From the IMG/VR virus record IMGVR_UViG_3300005613_000038: a stretch of DNA of 64,000 bases; one strand, 5' to 3'. This document shows, piece after piece, positions 9,457-19,251 of the stretch. The notes below the pieces were generated by a model. The model had not been told where the DNA came from. It made no database searches and saw nothing but the letters and a program-made list of their open reading frames with translations. Numbering within the stretch: the stretch's first letter is position 1; each line of letters opens with the position of its first letter. The translations under genes were made by a program, and so were the position numbers. The DNA comes from an uncultured virus (IMG/VR IMGVR_UViG_3300005613_000038) (lineage: Duplodnaviria; Heunggongvirae; Uroviricota; Caudoviricetes).

Positions 9457-9987
9457 ATGTATAATAGAGAATATTATCAAAAAAATCGATCAAAATTGCT
9501 AAAACAGCAAAAGAAATATAGAAAAAAGAACAGAATCTCTATTAATTTGAAAAAAAATATTTATCGAAAACAATATCCTTGGATAAGAGTTTGGGAAAAT
9601 TTAAATCAAAGATGTAATAATGTTAATAATACCTGTTATGAAAGATATGGAGCTAAAGGTATACAAAATCTACTCACAAAAGAGGAAATAAAAAAATTAA
9701 TGATAAGAGATAATTATTGGGATTTAAAAAGACCAAGTATAGATAGAATTAATCCAAAAGATAATTATATTTTTGAAAATTGTCAATTTATTGAGTTTGA
9801 ATCTAATGTAGGTAAAGATAGAAAAAAGCCAGTTTTGCAATTTGATTTAGAAGGAAATTTTATTAGAGAATGGGAAAGTTTAACGCAAGTAAGTAAAGTA
9901 ATGAACACTACTGTTTCTAATATTAGTTCTTGTTGCAAACAAAAAAGTAAAACTGCTATAGGATTTACTTGGAGATATAAATATTAA
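9457..9987 (+). CDS. HNH-type homing endonuclease with NUMOD1-like HTH
   Basis: QRCNN..YGAKGI..SIDRI..NCQFIE, then VLQFDLEGNFIREWES..GFTWRY. Confidence 0.8.
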   Translation: MYNREYYQKNRSKLLKQQKKYRKKNRISINLKKNIYRKQYPWIRVWENLNQRCNNVNNTCYERYGAKGIQNLLTKEEIKKLMIRDNYWDLKRPSIDRINPKDNYIFENCQFIEFESNVGKDRKKPVLQFDLEGNFIREWESLTQVSKVMNTTVSNISSCCKQKSKTAIGFTWRYKY

Positions 9988-10031
9988 AAGATCGAACTAT
10001 ATTGCAAATTCAGTTATAGAAAGGATAAACA

Positions 10032-10391
10032 ATGCCATATATAAAATCAAATGATGGTCGTAGAGAAGCATTACAGAATGGCGATAGAGCTAGAAATGCT
10101 GGAGAATTAAATTATCAAATATTTTATAATGTTAAATATATAGATTTTGATTCAAATCAAGAACAGATAAAATTAAATAATGATATTTTTATTTTTGTTG
10201 AACAATTTTTAGGTTCTTCTCCCAATTATCAAAAATATAATGATATGACTGGTTGTTTAGTGAGATGTTATAAAGAAATTAAACGTAGAATTGGTATAGA
10301 TTATAAAATGTTATTACAAATTATGCATAGTTATGATGAAGAAATTAATAATTATGAAGATGAAAAAATTTTTGAAAATGGAGACGTTTAA
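10032..10391 (+). CDS. conserved phage protein (DUF6899-like)
   Basis: MPYIK..GELNY..Y..YND..G..E..RR..YEDEKI.ENGDV pattern. Confidence 0.55.
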   Translation: MPYIKSNDGRREALQNGDRARNAGELNYQIFYNVKYIDFDSNQEQIKLNNDIFIFVEQFLGSSPNYQKYNDMTGCLVRCYKEIKRRIGIDYKMLLQIMHSYDEEINNYEDEKIFENGDV

Positions 10392-11007
10392 GTGAATAAT
10401 CAAGAAAAAAGAAAATTAAGACAAATGTGTAAACTTGGTTGGAGTTTTGAGGATATTCGTTACTGTGTTCATTGTTGTGATGTGACAATTAAAAATTATA
10501 TGAAAATATTTTCAAAGGAAAATAAAAATAATTTACATGAATTATTAACTGAGTTTTTTCAGATTTTAAATACTGTTGAAGAAACTGATTCAGGAAGAGA
10601 ATTTCATCCTGTATATATAAGTTCATGTAGAGTTATGAAAACTAAAAGAGTAATCGAAATAATTTCTGAAATAAAAGATATTATTAATTATAATAAGGAT
10701 TAAAAATGATTGAAAAAGAATATAATGAAATGATTAAAATATTATTTACTCCGAAAGATTGGAATGTTCTTTCTAATCAGGACAGAGCAGAACTTTTAGC
10801 ATTATCTTTTATTGGATATGTGGCTCGACCAAAAAATATTCCCATTGAAATTTTACAAAAATGTATTGACGCTTTTAATGCTAATAGAGGAAAAATTGAA
10901 AACGAAACAGAAGCTATATTTCAAACTTTGGAGAAATTTAATGACTGAAAAAGAAGTGAAAAAATTAATTAAAAATTCTGATGTGTAACATTTAAAAAGG
11001 AAAAATT

Positions 11008-11637
11008 ATGAAAGGTCAAAATTTAATATTAACAACATATTTAGTTTCAGCTATTGAACATAATAAAACTGTTCAAGATTTAGAAAAAGAATCTCATAAG
11101 GATATTATTAAAAAAGAGCTTATTCATCCATCATTTGGGATATATGACCCAGTTGAAAGAGAAGGACAAAAAACAGGAAAAGATTGTCAACTTGCTAATC
11201 AATATATTAAAAATTTAAAAAAGGCAGGCCATTTTGATAAATTTGATGATGAGATGGATGCTATATGGTGGGGTGACATAACGCCTAGCTATGATAAAAT
11301 AGAAATTATGAGAGCTATTAGAAATGATTTTTTAAGATATGGAAACACAATTGATGATTTAAATCATTGGGGAGATTATCAAGCTGTTCTTAGAAGCAAT
11401 TTTATAATTGCTTATATAGAAAAAAATGTAAAAACTGTGGGAACTATTAAAGAAATTCATACATGTTATCTTTTTAATATTCCAATTTTATTATTGCTTC
11501 CCGATGATACTGTTACTGATGCAAATTCTTCTTTAGTAAATATGGTTAGAGCATCTGGTGGAAAAATATTTTCTGGAAATAATTGTGTTAAAGAATTAAT
11601 AGATTATATAAAAGAAAATTATAAACTTTGGAGATAA
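11008..11637 (+). CDS. nucleoside 2-deoxyribosyltransferase / nucleotide N-hydrolase-like protein
   Basis: YL near the N-terminus, IYDP, D..AV..S.FIIAY, TVGT..EI..Y..NIP motifs. Confidence 0.65.
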   Translation: MKGQNLILTTYLVSAIEHNKTVQDLEKESHKDIIKKELIHPSFGIYDPVEREGQKTGKDCQLANQYIKNLKKAGHFDKFDDEMDAIWWGDITPSYDKIEIMRAIRNDFLRYGNTIDDLNHWGDYQAVLRSNFIIAYIEKNVKTVGTIKEIHTCYLFNIPILLLLPDDTVTDANSSLVNMVRASGGKIFSGNNCVKELIDYIKENYKLWR

Positions 11638-11638
11638 A

Positions 11639-11854
11639 ATGAAAAAAATAAATCTTGAAAGTAGCACATTAAAATCTATATCTTATGATATTCAAAAAAG
11701 ATTATTAACTGTTGAATTTAAAAGAGGAGCAGTTTATCAATATAAATGTGTTGATTATATTGATGTATTAGGTATGATTTTTGCAGAATCAAGTGGTTCA
11801 TACTTTAATAAGAACATAGCAAAAGGTTATGAATACGAGAAAGTGAGTGATTAA
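11639..11854 (+). CDS. KTSC domain protein
   Basis: SSTLKSISYD..LLTVEFK.G.VYQY..V..AES.GSYFNKNI. Confidence 0.9.
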   Translation: MKKINLESSTLKSISYDIQKRLLTVEFKRGAVYQYKCVDYIDVLGMIFAESSGSYFNKNIAKGYEYEKVSD

Positions 11855-12447
11855 TGAAAAAGTTTTACAAAGTTCAAGATTCTGGTAAAAGACAAGAATT
11901 TAATACAGGTAGTCAAAGAGATAGTGATGAAAATAAAGGTAAACCTCATTTAATTGCTGGAGAGGCTATTGTTGGATTAATAAATTATATTCAATCTCCA
12001 AATTATAATTGTCGAGATAGCTATAATAGTTTAACAAATGAATTATCTAAATCTTTACATAAATATTCTACATTTGTTAAAAATAGAGATGATAACTTAG
12101 ATTTAATTTATAAAGCAATGGATTTAATTTGTTGGATTGTTAGTGAAAAAGAAAATATTGGTTATTTTCAAATGTATATTAGATTAGCACAGCATTATGA
12201 AAACGGAGCGAAAAAATATAATGAGCATAATTGGAGAAAAGGACAACCAGTTAGTAGATATTACAATTCTGCTATGCGACACTTATATAAATATTTAGAT
12301 AAGTTGGAAGATGAAGACCATGCATCAGCTTTATTATGGAATTTAGTAGCAATTATTCAAACCAAAATAGATGTAGCTAAATATCTATTGCCACAAGAAC
12401 TAAATGATTATCCAACATTAATAACAGACGTATTTAAAGGAAAATAA
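11854..12447 (+). CDS. dATP/dGTP diphosphohydrolase-domain protein (DUF5664-like)
   Basis: DSGKRQEFNTG..RD..KG; GAKKY...NWRKG......SAMRHL; EDHA. Confidence 0.75.
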   Translation: MKKFYKVQDSGKRQEFNTGSQRDSDENKGKPHLIAGEAIVGLINYIQSPNYNCRDSYNSLTNELSKSLHKYSTFVKNRDDNLDLIYKAMDLICWIVSEKENIGYFQMYIRLAQHYENGAKKYNEHNWRKGQPVSRYYNSAMRHLYKYLDKLEDEDHASALLWNLVAIIQTKIDVAKYLLPQELNDYPTLITDVFKGK

Positions 12448-12627
12448 GATGAAGAATCTAATCATTAAAACAAACAACACAAATAATAATCTATGGTGTC
12501 TATATTCAAAAGATAAAATTTATATTGGAGAAAGATATGTAACTGTTTATGAAAAATATTTTAATGATATTATAGAAAAAATTTATAAATTAGAATATGT
12601 GAATTTTATAATTGAGGAGAATAATTG

Positions 12628-12832
12628 ATGAAAAAAGTTTATTGTAAAAATTGTAAGTGGTGTTATTCTATAAAAGATTTAAAAAGAAAATTTTGTGTTT
12701 TATTTTTTACAAGAGAATTTTCAAAAAAAATATGATGTGAGTTATTTTAGAAACACAGAAATATCAGAAATTAATTTAAAAAATGATTGTTCTGATTATA
12801 AAAAAAAATGGTGGAAATTTTGGGTAAAGTAA
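12628..12832 (+). pseudogene. small Cys-rich gene frameshifted at an A8 tract (12723-12730)
   Basis: GAGGAG RBS, MKKVYCKNCKW..EFSKK, then +1 frame YDVSYF..NDCSDYKKKWWKFWVK*. Confidence 0.7.
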
Positions 12833-12935
12833 TTTTAAAATTTTTTATATTTCCAATGTATTTAACAAGAACATTTTGTAAAATGGCAAATTTGTTTTAT
12901 AACGATATAGAATGGTATATTAAGGATTTTCATTT

Positions 12936-13982
12936 ATGAAGAATAAAGTAATTGCAATAGACTCAAGCGGTTTGTTCTTTCCGACAGTGTTTAGTTTTGA
13001 AAGACAAACTATTGAAAAAATAGAATCTAAATCTGATAATTTTATAATGCCTCCTCATGCTGTTTATTTTAGTAGTTTATTAAGTTGTCTGAAAAAAATA
13101 GGTGTAGATAAAGATACAAAGATTATAGTTGCACTTGAAGGTCGTAGTTGGAGGAAGTCCATTGCTGGTTATTATAAGGCTCAAAGAGCAGATGATAGAG
13201 AAAAACATAAATTAATTGATTGGGATAAACAATTTAAGAAATTAAATGAAGTCAATGATAAGTTAGCAAAAGCTACAAATTTTCAGTTTATAAGAGAATG
13301 GAACTCGGAATGCGACGATATTTTAGCCGTATGTTGCAGATATTTTAAAGATGATGAAGTTGTTATCGTAACGGGGGATAAAGACCTTTATCAATTGGCG
13401 TTCTACAAAAATGTTCGTATTTTTAACATAAATAAAAAATGTAACGGTTCAAAAGGCATGTATGAGAAGATTGATAATCCTCTAAAGGTTATAGCCGATA
13501 AGGTAAGATTAGGTGATATTTCGGACAATATAATTGTTGACAAAGCACATGATACAAAGCAAGATGAAGAATTAAGATATGAAATAATTAATCTTTTAAA
13601 ACTTCCTGATTATATTGAAAATTCTATTACAGATATTTTAAAAAACTTATCAAAGAAAGAATTAAATTTAGATGAACTTCCCAATTTTAAAAATGCTAAA
13701 GAAAAATTTATGAAAATTTATAGTAAAGATAAAGTTATTACATATGACTATTGTGTAAATTTGCTTGAAAAACGAGAAAATAAAAAAAAGAAAATATTAA
13801 AAGAGAAACGAGATGCGAAGAAATTAGAAACAGCAAAAGAAAAATTTAAAGATAGAACATTTGAAAGTTTAACAAAGACTGAAAGAAATAAATTAATAAA
13901 GAATAATTTTTTAAAGATTTTATTTCCTGAAGAAGCAAAATTATTATTTGAAAAACAATTACAGGAAAGTAAAGATGAATAA
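12936..13982 (+). CDS. 5'-3' exonuclease / flap endonuclease (T4 RNase H-like)
   Basis: IAIDS, SWRK..YYKAQR, ECDD, TGDKDLYQL, GDISDNI. Confidence 0.9.
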   Translation: MKNKVIAIDSSGLFFPTVFSFERQTIEKIESKSDNFIMPPHAVYFSSLLSCLKKIGVDKDTKIIVALEGRSWRKSIAGYYKAQRADDREKHKLIDWDKQFKKLNEVNDKLAKATNFQFIREWNSECDDILAVCCRYFKDDEVVIVTGDKDLYQLAFYKNVRIFNINKKCNGSKGMYEKIDNPLKVIADKVRLGDISDNIIVDKAHDTKQDEELRYEIINLLKLPDYIENSITDILKNLSKKELNLDELPNFKNAKEKFMKIYSKDKVITYDYCVNLLEKRENKKKKILKEKRDAKKLETAKEKFKDRTFESLTKTERNKLIKNNFLKILFPEEAKLLFEKQLQESKDE

Positions 13983-14665
13983 ATTAAATAACATTGCATA
14001 TTATTTAACAGCTTCTATTAATAATGAATGTTCTAAAATAGCTTTAGAATCATTTAAAGATAATGATTTTATTTTAATTGAAGACGCTGGTATGAATATA
14101 ACAGAGGTTAAACAAAAGTTGTATCCATTTAAATATATAAATAACGATTTTTATGTTTTGAAAAGAACAAAACAGGAAGAATTTAATAAAAAATATAATG
14201 AAATTCTTCAATCAATAATAAATAGAATAATTAAAGGAGGAAATTAATGAAAGTAAATAAGTATCAATTAAATGAAGTTATCAATTTTATTCATGGGATG
14301 CAAATTGTGAAAGGTATAATCGATGAATATATTCTTCATTATACGCAATCTAAAGTTATAATTAAATATATTATTAGACCTTATGGAATTAAAGATTTTG
14401 TAACAATTGATGAAGATAAAATTTATACTAATTTTGAAGAAGCTAAACAAATAGTAATTAATGATTTAAAAAAGAATTATACAAAACAAAATATAAAAAG
14501 AAATTATAAAGAAGCAAAGAAACAAATGTTAAAAAAATATGAAGATGAAGTAAAAAAGTTTGATGAAAATTTTAGCAAAGCTATAGACGGAATGCAACAA
14601 TTAAATGAAAATTACTATGATAAATTAGAAGAAAATTACCAACAACAATTAAAGGAGAAAAAATA

Positions 14666-15007
14666 ATGTCATTGTTTCCAGAAAACAAAAGTGGTAATTT
14701 AGTATTTCCACCAAAGGTTGGAGAAAAAAGAATAATTAGTTTAATTGGTGAAATTGAAAGAGTTAAAGGCACAAATGAAAAGTTTAATTACAAAAATAGT
14801 GATCAAAAAGATGCTGGATATTATGATTTAGTACCTGTTATTACCGAAGTAGAAAATGAAGATGGAAATATTGAAGAAAAAGAAACAAAAATGGTTTTAG
14901 GAACGTGGAAGTTATATTTTGCTTTACGTGATTCTGGTGTTGATGTTGGAGATACAATTGAAATAAATCATGTTGGTAGAGGTGAATATACTATTAAAAA
15001 AGTTTAA
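14666..15007 (+). CDS. hypothetical, possible OB-fold ssDNA-binding protein
   Basis: beta-rich sequence in the replication region with AAGGAG RBS; the fold call is inference. Confidence 0.3.
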   Translation: MSLFPENKSGNLVFPPKVGEKRIISLIGEIERVKGTNEKFNYKNSDQKDAGYYDLVPVITEVENEDGNIEEKETKMVLGTWKLYFALRDSGVDVGDTIEINHVGRGEYTIKKV

Positions 15008-15031
15008 AATTAATTAAGGAGATAATAAACA

Positions 15032-15727
15032 ATGTCTGATAAAAAAACTGTAAATAAAATAGTTGCTTGGTTTATTCCTAAACGAGCATTAATTAAATTT
15101 GATGGTGAGGATGATTCTATTACAATTTCTGAAAATGTAATGCAAAAAACAGATTTTGCGAAATATCCTCTTTTAAAGGGTGATACTGTTGATGTTTCTA
15201 TAGAAGGAGAAGAAGTTGTATATATTCGAAAATCTGCTAAACAAGAAGCAAAAGAAGAGAAAAAGATTATCGATAAGAAAGAAGAAGTAGAAGAAAAAAC
15301 AGTTAAAGAAGATACACAAGAAATCACAAAAGAAGTTTATTGTGTTAGTAAATACGGATTAAAGTTTGTTGGTGATACAAGTTGGACAAATTTTACTGAA
15401 GAACTTCAGAAAAAAGATTTTCGTTCAATGGGAGTAGTTGCTAAAAATACAATTACTGTAGTGTTACAGAACGATAAAATTGTAGAGATTAAAAAAGTAG
15501 AAGAAGCAAAAAAATCAGAGTCTAAAGAACAAAAATCATCTTCCAATCGAAAAGCGTCTTATAGAGATGAAGAATCAACTGATAAAAGAACAGCGTCAAT
15601 GAACGCAAAAGATGTAGTTGTGGCTCTAATAAATACTAAGAGAGAAGAAGTGAACTCTAAAGAAAATATCGAAAAGGCAATTAATGCTTTGACTAAAAAA
15701 TTTTATGATATAACTAAAAATTTGTAA
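15032..15727 (+). CDS. hypothetical replication-region protein
   Basis: 231-aa ORF with AAGGAG RBS; two similar beta-rich segments separated by charged linkers. Confidence 0.45.
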   Translation: MSDKKTVNKIVAWFIPKRALIKFDGEDDSITISENVMQKTDFAKYPLLKGDTVDVSIEGEEVVYIRKSAKQEAKEEKKIIDKKEEVEEKTVKEDTQEITKEVYCVSKYGLKFVGDTSWTNFTEELQKKDFRSMGVVAKNTITVVLQNDKIVEIKKVEEAKKSESKEQKSSSNRKASYRDEESTDKRTASMNAKDVVVALINTKREEVNSKENIEKAINALTKKFYDITKNL

Positions 15728-15736
15728 GGATAAATT

Positions 15737-16321
15737 ATGAAACAAAATAAATTTACTTCAAATGATTATCAAATGTTTCATGAAACTAATTTATATCTTC
15801 CAACTAGAACGATATATTTTGGTGGTCAATGTTTTGATGAAGATGTTGTAACAAGTCAAACTGTTGCTCAATTAATAAAAAATCTTCATATTCTTGAACA
15901 TAGAGAAATCGCTCCAATTTCTATATTATTAAATACAATTGGTGGGTCTTGGGAATCTGGTATTGCTGTTTATGATGTAATTAAAAAATTAGCATCGCCT
16001 ATTACAATTATTGGGTTAGGGCAAGTATATTCTATGGGAAGTGTTATATTACAGTCGGCCAATAAAAGAGTTTTAACTGAAAACACATATATTATGATTC
16101 ATGATGGATCTGAAGGTTATGAAGGTGATCCAAAAATGATTGAACGATGGATGGAAGTTTCGAAAGCTGTTCGTCTAAAAATGTATGATATTTATTGGCA
16201 AAAAATGAAATTAAAAAATAAAAAATTAAGATTTAAAGATGTTGAAAAAATGTGTGCTGTTGACACAATTTATAATGCAGAAGAAGCAGTTAAACGAGGA
16301 TTAGCAGATGAAATCATGTAA
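15737..16321 (+). CDS. clpP: ClpP-like serine protease
   Basis: LNTIGG, YSMGS (Ser), IMIHD (His), DTIYNAEEAV..GLAD (Asp). Confidence 0.9.
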   Translation: MKQNKFTSNDYQMFHETNLYLPTRTIYFGGQCFDEDVVTSQTVAQLIKNLHILEHREIAPISILLNTIGGSWESGIAVYDVIKKLASPITIIGLGQVYSMGSVILQSANKRVLTENTYIMIHDGSEGYEGDPKMIERWMEVSKAVRLKMYDIYWQKMKLKNKKLRFKDVEKMCAVDTIYNAEEAVKRGLADEIM

Positions 16322-16474
16322 ATTAAAACATCTTCGAAATGTTCTTATTCTTTATAAAGGAAAATTAACAGAAGTAGATATTTATAAATGTGAAAAATGT
16401 AATAAATATTGTATAATAGATACAAATACAGATGCTAAAATTTCTCTTAACAATGAATTAGGAGATGAGATATA

Positions 16475-17086
16475 ATGATCGGAGATAGATTGCTTATTAC
16501 TAATAAAGCAATAGATAATGCGAAACAAATTTTAAATAAATTAACAGATGAAGAAATAATATTGATATATGGTGGTTCGGGAACGAGTAAATCCGAAACA
16601 GCAGATTGTTTACAAGAATTATTGTTTAAGAAAAATAAACAAAGTATTATGTTATCTTTAGATGACTTTTATCACACTTTACCTTCTCTTCGTAATTTAA
16701 ATCGTAAAAAATTAGGAATTGATTCTGTTGGTATTAGTGAAATTGATTGGGAAGAAATTAAAAGAATATGTGATGATTTTAAAAATAAAAAATCAATTCG
16801 ATTTAAAAGAGTTCATAAGTATGCTAATATTGTAGAACATATAACATTAGATACTGAAGATGTTTCTTATTTAATTATTGAAGGATTATACACAGGTTAT
16901 CTTAAAAAATATAATCATGGTGATGTTGCTATTTATTTAGAAGGTAATCCAAAAAATACATTTGATTTTAGAAAAAAGCGTGGTAAAGAAGATGAAGATG
17001 ATGAGTTTAGAAAAACGATTGTTAAACGAGAATTTAATATTATATCTCAATTAAAAAAATATAGTGATTTAATAATTAATTTTTAA
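16475..17086 (+). CDS. uridine kinase-like P-loop kinase
   Basis: GGSGTSKS Walker A variant, SLDDFY, LIIEGLY. Confidence 0.7.
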   Translation: MIGDRLLITNKAIDNAKQILNKLTDEEIILIYGGSGTSKSETADCLQELLFKKNKQSIMLSLDDFYHTLPSLRNLNRKKLGIDSVGISEIDWEEIKRICDDFKNKKSIRFKRVHKYANIVEHITLDTEDVSYLIIEGLYTGYLKKYNHGDVAIYLEGNPKNTFDFRKKRGKEDEDDEFRKTIVKREFNIISQLKKYSDLIINF

Positions 17087-17091
17087 AAATA

Positions 17092-17167
17092 TGCGGAAGA
17101 GTGAAACGGCTTACACACTTGGCTCATAATCAAGAGACATTGGGTTCAACTCTCATGACCGCTACCA
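17092..17167 (+). tRNA. degenerate tRNA with CAT anticodon (Met/fMet-like)
   Basis: 76 nt ending ACCA; D arm gtg..cac; anticodon arm cttgg-CTCATAA-tcaag; GGTTCAA T-loop; several stem mismatches. Confidence 0.75.
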
Positions 17168-17181
17168 AATAAAGGATAAAA

Positions 17182-17781
17182 ATGATTAAAGAAAAAATTA
17201 AAAAATTTTTAAGTGAAATTAAATTATCAGGTATATCTGCTATTATAGGTTTTATTGGCGCATATGCTGGAAGTGAAGGCACAAGTCTTTTATGGCGAAG
17301 ATGTGGAATATCTTTGATTTTTACAGTTTGTGCGTTAATAGAAATAAAAAGTTTATGGGTTATTTTATTAATGTCTATTTGGGGAGCATTATCAATTGGA
17401 TATGGAATACCCGAAAATTTAATTTATAATATTAATAAAAAATTAGTTATTTTACCAGAAGGTGATGAAGGTTCAACTCTTGCTCGATTTTGGTATAAAA
17501 TAACAAAGGGTTCTCATCTCTGGACAGATATTTTAACTCGTGGAACTGTTGCTCTTATTATATCAATAGCATTTTTAGTTATTCCTATTTTAAAAGGAAA
17601 TTGGATATGGTATTTAATTGGAAGTCTTGGTATCATTTTAGTGTATGCTGTAAATTCATGGAGAGGATATGGTGTTTTTGAAGTTACGTTTAAAGGTAAA
17701 AAATATTATTTACTTAAAGTAGATTTTGTTACTTATTCAGTATTAGGCATTTGTGGTTTAATGATAATATATAAAGGATAA
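17182..17781 (+). CDS. multi-pass membrane protein
   Basis: several hydrophobic segments. Confidence 0.6.
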   Translation: MIKEKIKKFLSEIKLSGISAIIGFIGAYAGSEGTSLLWRRCGISLIFTVCALIEIKSLWVILLMSIWGALSIGYGIPENLIYNINKKLVILPEGDEGSTLARFWYKITKGSHLWTDILTRGTVALIISIAFLVIPILKGNWIWYLIGSLGIILVYAVNSWRGYGVFEVTFKGKKYYLLKVDFVTYSVLGICGLMIIYKG

Positions 17782-17786
17782 TATAT

Positions 17787-18413
17787 ATGGCGAATACCTT
17801 TTTTAGTGCGGATTACCACTTTGCACACACAAACATTTTAAAATATGATAATAGACCGTTTAAAGATATTGAAGAAATGAAAGATGTTATAATTAAAAAA
17901 CATAATGAAAGAGTAAAACAAGATGATATAATGTATTTTTTAGGTGATTTTGGATTTTGGGCGAGTAATAATCGAGCTTTTCGTGGAGAAGGGAAACCAT
18001 ATTCTCCCGATGATATTTTAAAACAAATGAATGGGAAACATTGGTTTTATATTAAAGGCAATCATGATAAAACATCAAATAAATTTAAATCAAAAATTGA
18101 ATCAAGTATTTTAAATCAAAATGGATTAAGAATTCAATTAATTCACGATCCAATGTATGCTAAAATAGATTATGATTTCACGCTTTGTGGGCATATTCAC
18201 AATTTATGGAAAGTTAAAGAATTATATTATTGTGGTGAAATTAGATTAATTATTAATGTTGGTTGTTGTGCATGGAATTATTATCCAGTGAAATTAGATG
18301 AATTACTTTCAATTTATTATCGTTGGAAAAATGAAAGAAGTAAAATTAAACGATGGGAAAAACCAGCAATTCTAAAAGAATTAAACAAAGATACACTTCA
18401 GAGAGAATTGTAA
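17787..18413 (+). CDS. calcineurin-like metallophosphoesterase
   Basis: DYHFAH, LGDF, GNHD, H, GHIH motifs. Confidence 0.9.
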   Translation: MANTFFSADYHFAHTNILKYDNRPFKDIEEMKDVIIKKHNERVKQDDIMYFLGDFGFWASNNRAFRGEGKPYSPDDILKQMNGKHWFYIKGNHDKTSNKFKSKIESSILNQNGLRIQLIHDPMYAKIDYDFTLCGHIHNLWKVKELYYCGEIRLIINVGCCAWNYYPVKLDELLSIYYRWKNERSKIKRWEKPAILKELNKDTLQREL

Positions 18414-18418
18414 TAATC

Positions 18419-18842
18419 ATGTATAATAAAAAATATTATCAAACTCACAAAAAAGAAAGCAAATTATATAGAAATAAACGTAAAAAATTAAAACCTTGGT
18501 TTGATTCTTATAATAATGCAAGACAAAGATGTAACAATACAAAACATTTAAAATATCATTGTTATGGTGGTCGAGGTATTAAATTTTTATTAACTGAAGA
18601 TGAATGTGTTAAGTTATGGGAAAGAGATAAAGGTTGGTTATTAAAACAACATAGTATTGATAGAAAAGATAATGATGGTCATTATGAATATAGTAATTGT
18701 CAATTTATTGAGATGAAAGAGAATATAAAAGTCTTCATCAAGCAGGCTCGTTTGTCAAAAGAACACCCCAGCTATTTATTTTGCTGTAATAAATAATACT
18801 CAATGTGCTGGTTTTAAATGGGAATATAAAAATGATAATTAA
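18419..18842 (+). pseudogene. HNH homing endonuclease with a disrupted NUMOD1 tail
   Basis: HNH part intact (RCNN..YGGRGI..SIDR.DNDG.Y..NCQFIE); the NUMOD1-like segment EYKSLHQAGSFVKRTP/AIYFAV..AGFKWEYK lies in other frames. Confidence 0.65.
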
Positions 18843-19251
18843 AGTATTTAGTGAACGCACAATTAAAAATTTTAAAACAGATAAAAACTATGCGATAATT
18901 TCTATTCAAGACCCATCTTGTGATTTTGTTAAATTATATAAACCAAAAAATTGTAAAGCTATTTTGAAATTTAAATTTTATGATTTGGATAAAAAAATTG
19001 GTCAAGAAAATTATGACAATTGGCTTTTTGAAAGTAAAGATGCAAAACATATATTAAATGCTATAAATTTATTGAAAGATAAAATTGACATTCTTTGTGT
19101 TCATTGTGTTGCAGGCGTATCAAGAAGTGCTGGAGTAGCTGGAGCATTATCTAAAATTTTAAATAATGATGATATGTATTACTTTAAAAATTACTGTCCA
19201 AACATGCTTGTATATAGAACAATATTAAAGGAGTATTATGAAGAAAAATAA
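18832..19251 (+). CDS. protein tyrosine / dual-specificity phosphatase
   Basis: HCVAGVSRS (CX5R) motif, upstream FYD loop, PN motif. Confidence 0.9.
   Translation: MIIKVFSERTIKNFKTDKNYAIISIQDPSCDFVKLYKPKNCKAILKFKFYDLDKKIGQENYDNWLFESKDAKHILNAINLLKDKIDILCVHCVAGVSRSAGVAGALSKILNNDDMYYFKNYCPNMLVYRTILKEYYEEK

Noticed and set aside
10032..12447. 2-aminoadenine (Z) genome system
   Set aside because: No PurZ-like gene in the window; the hydrolase alone is insufficient evidence
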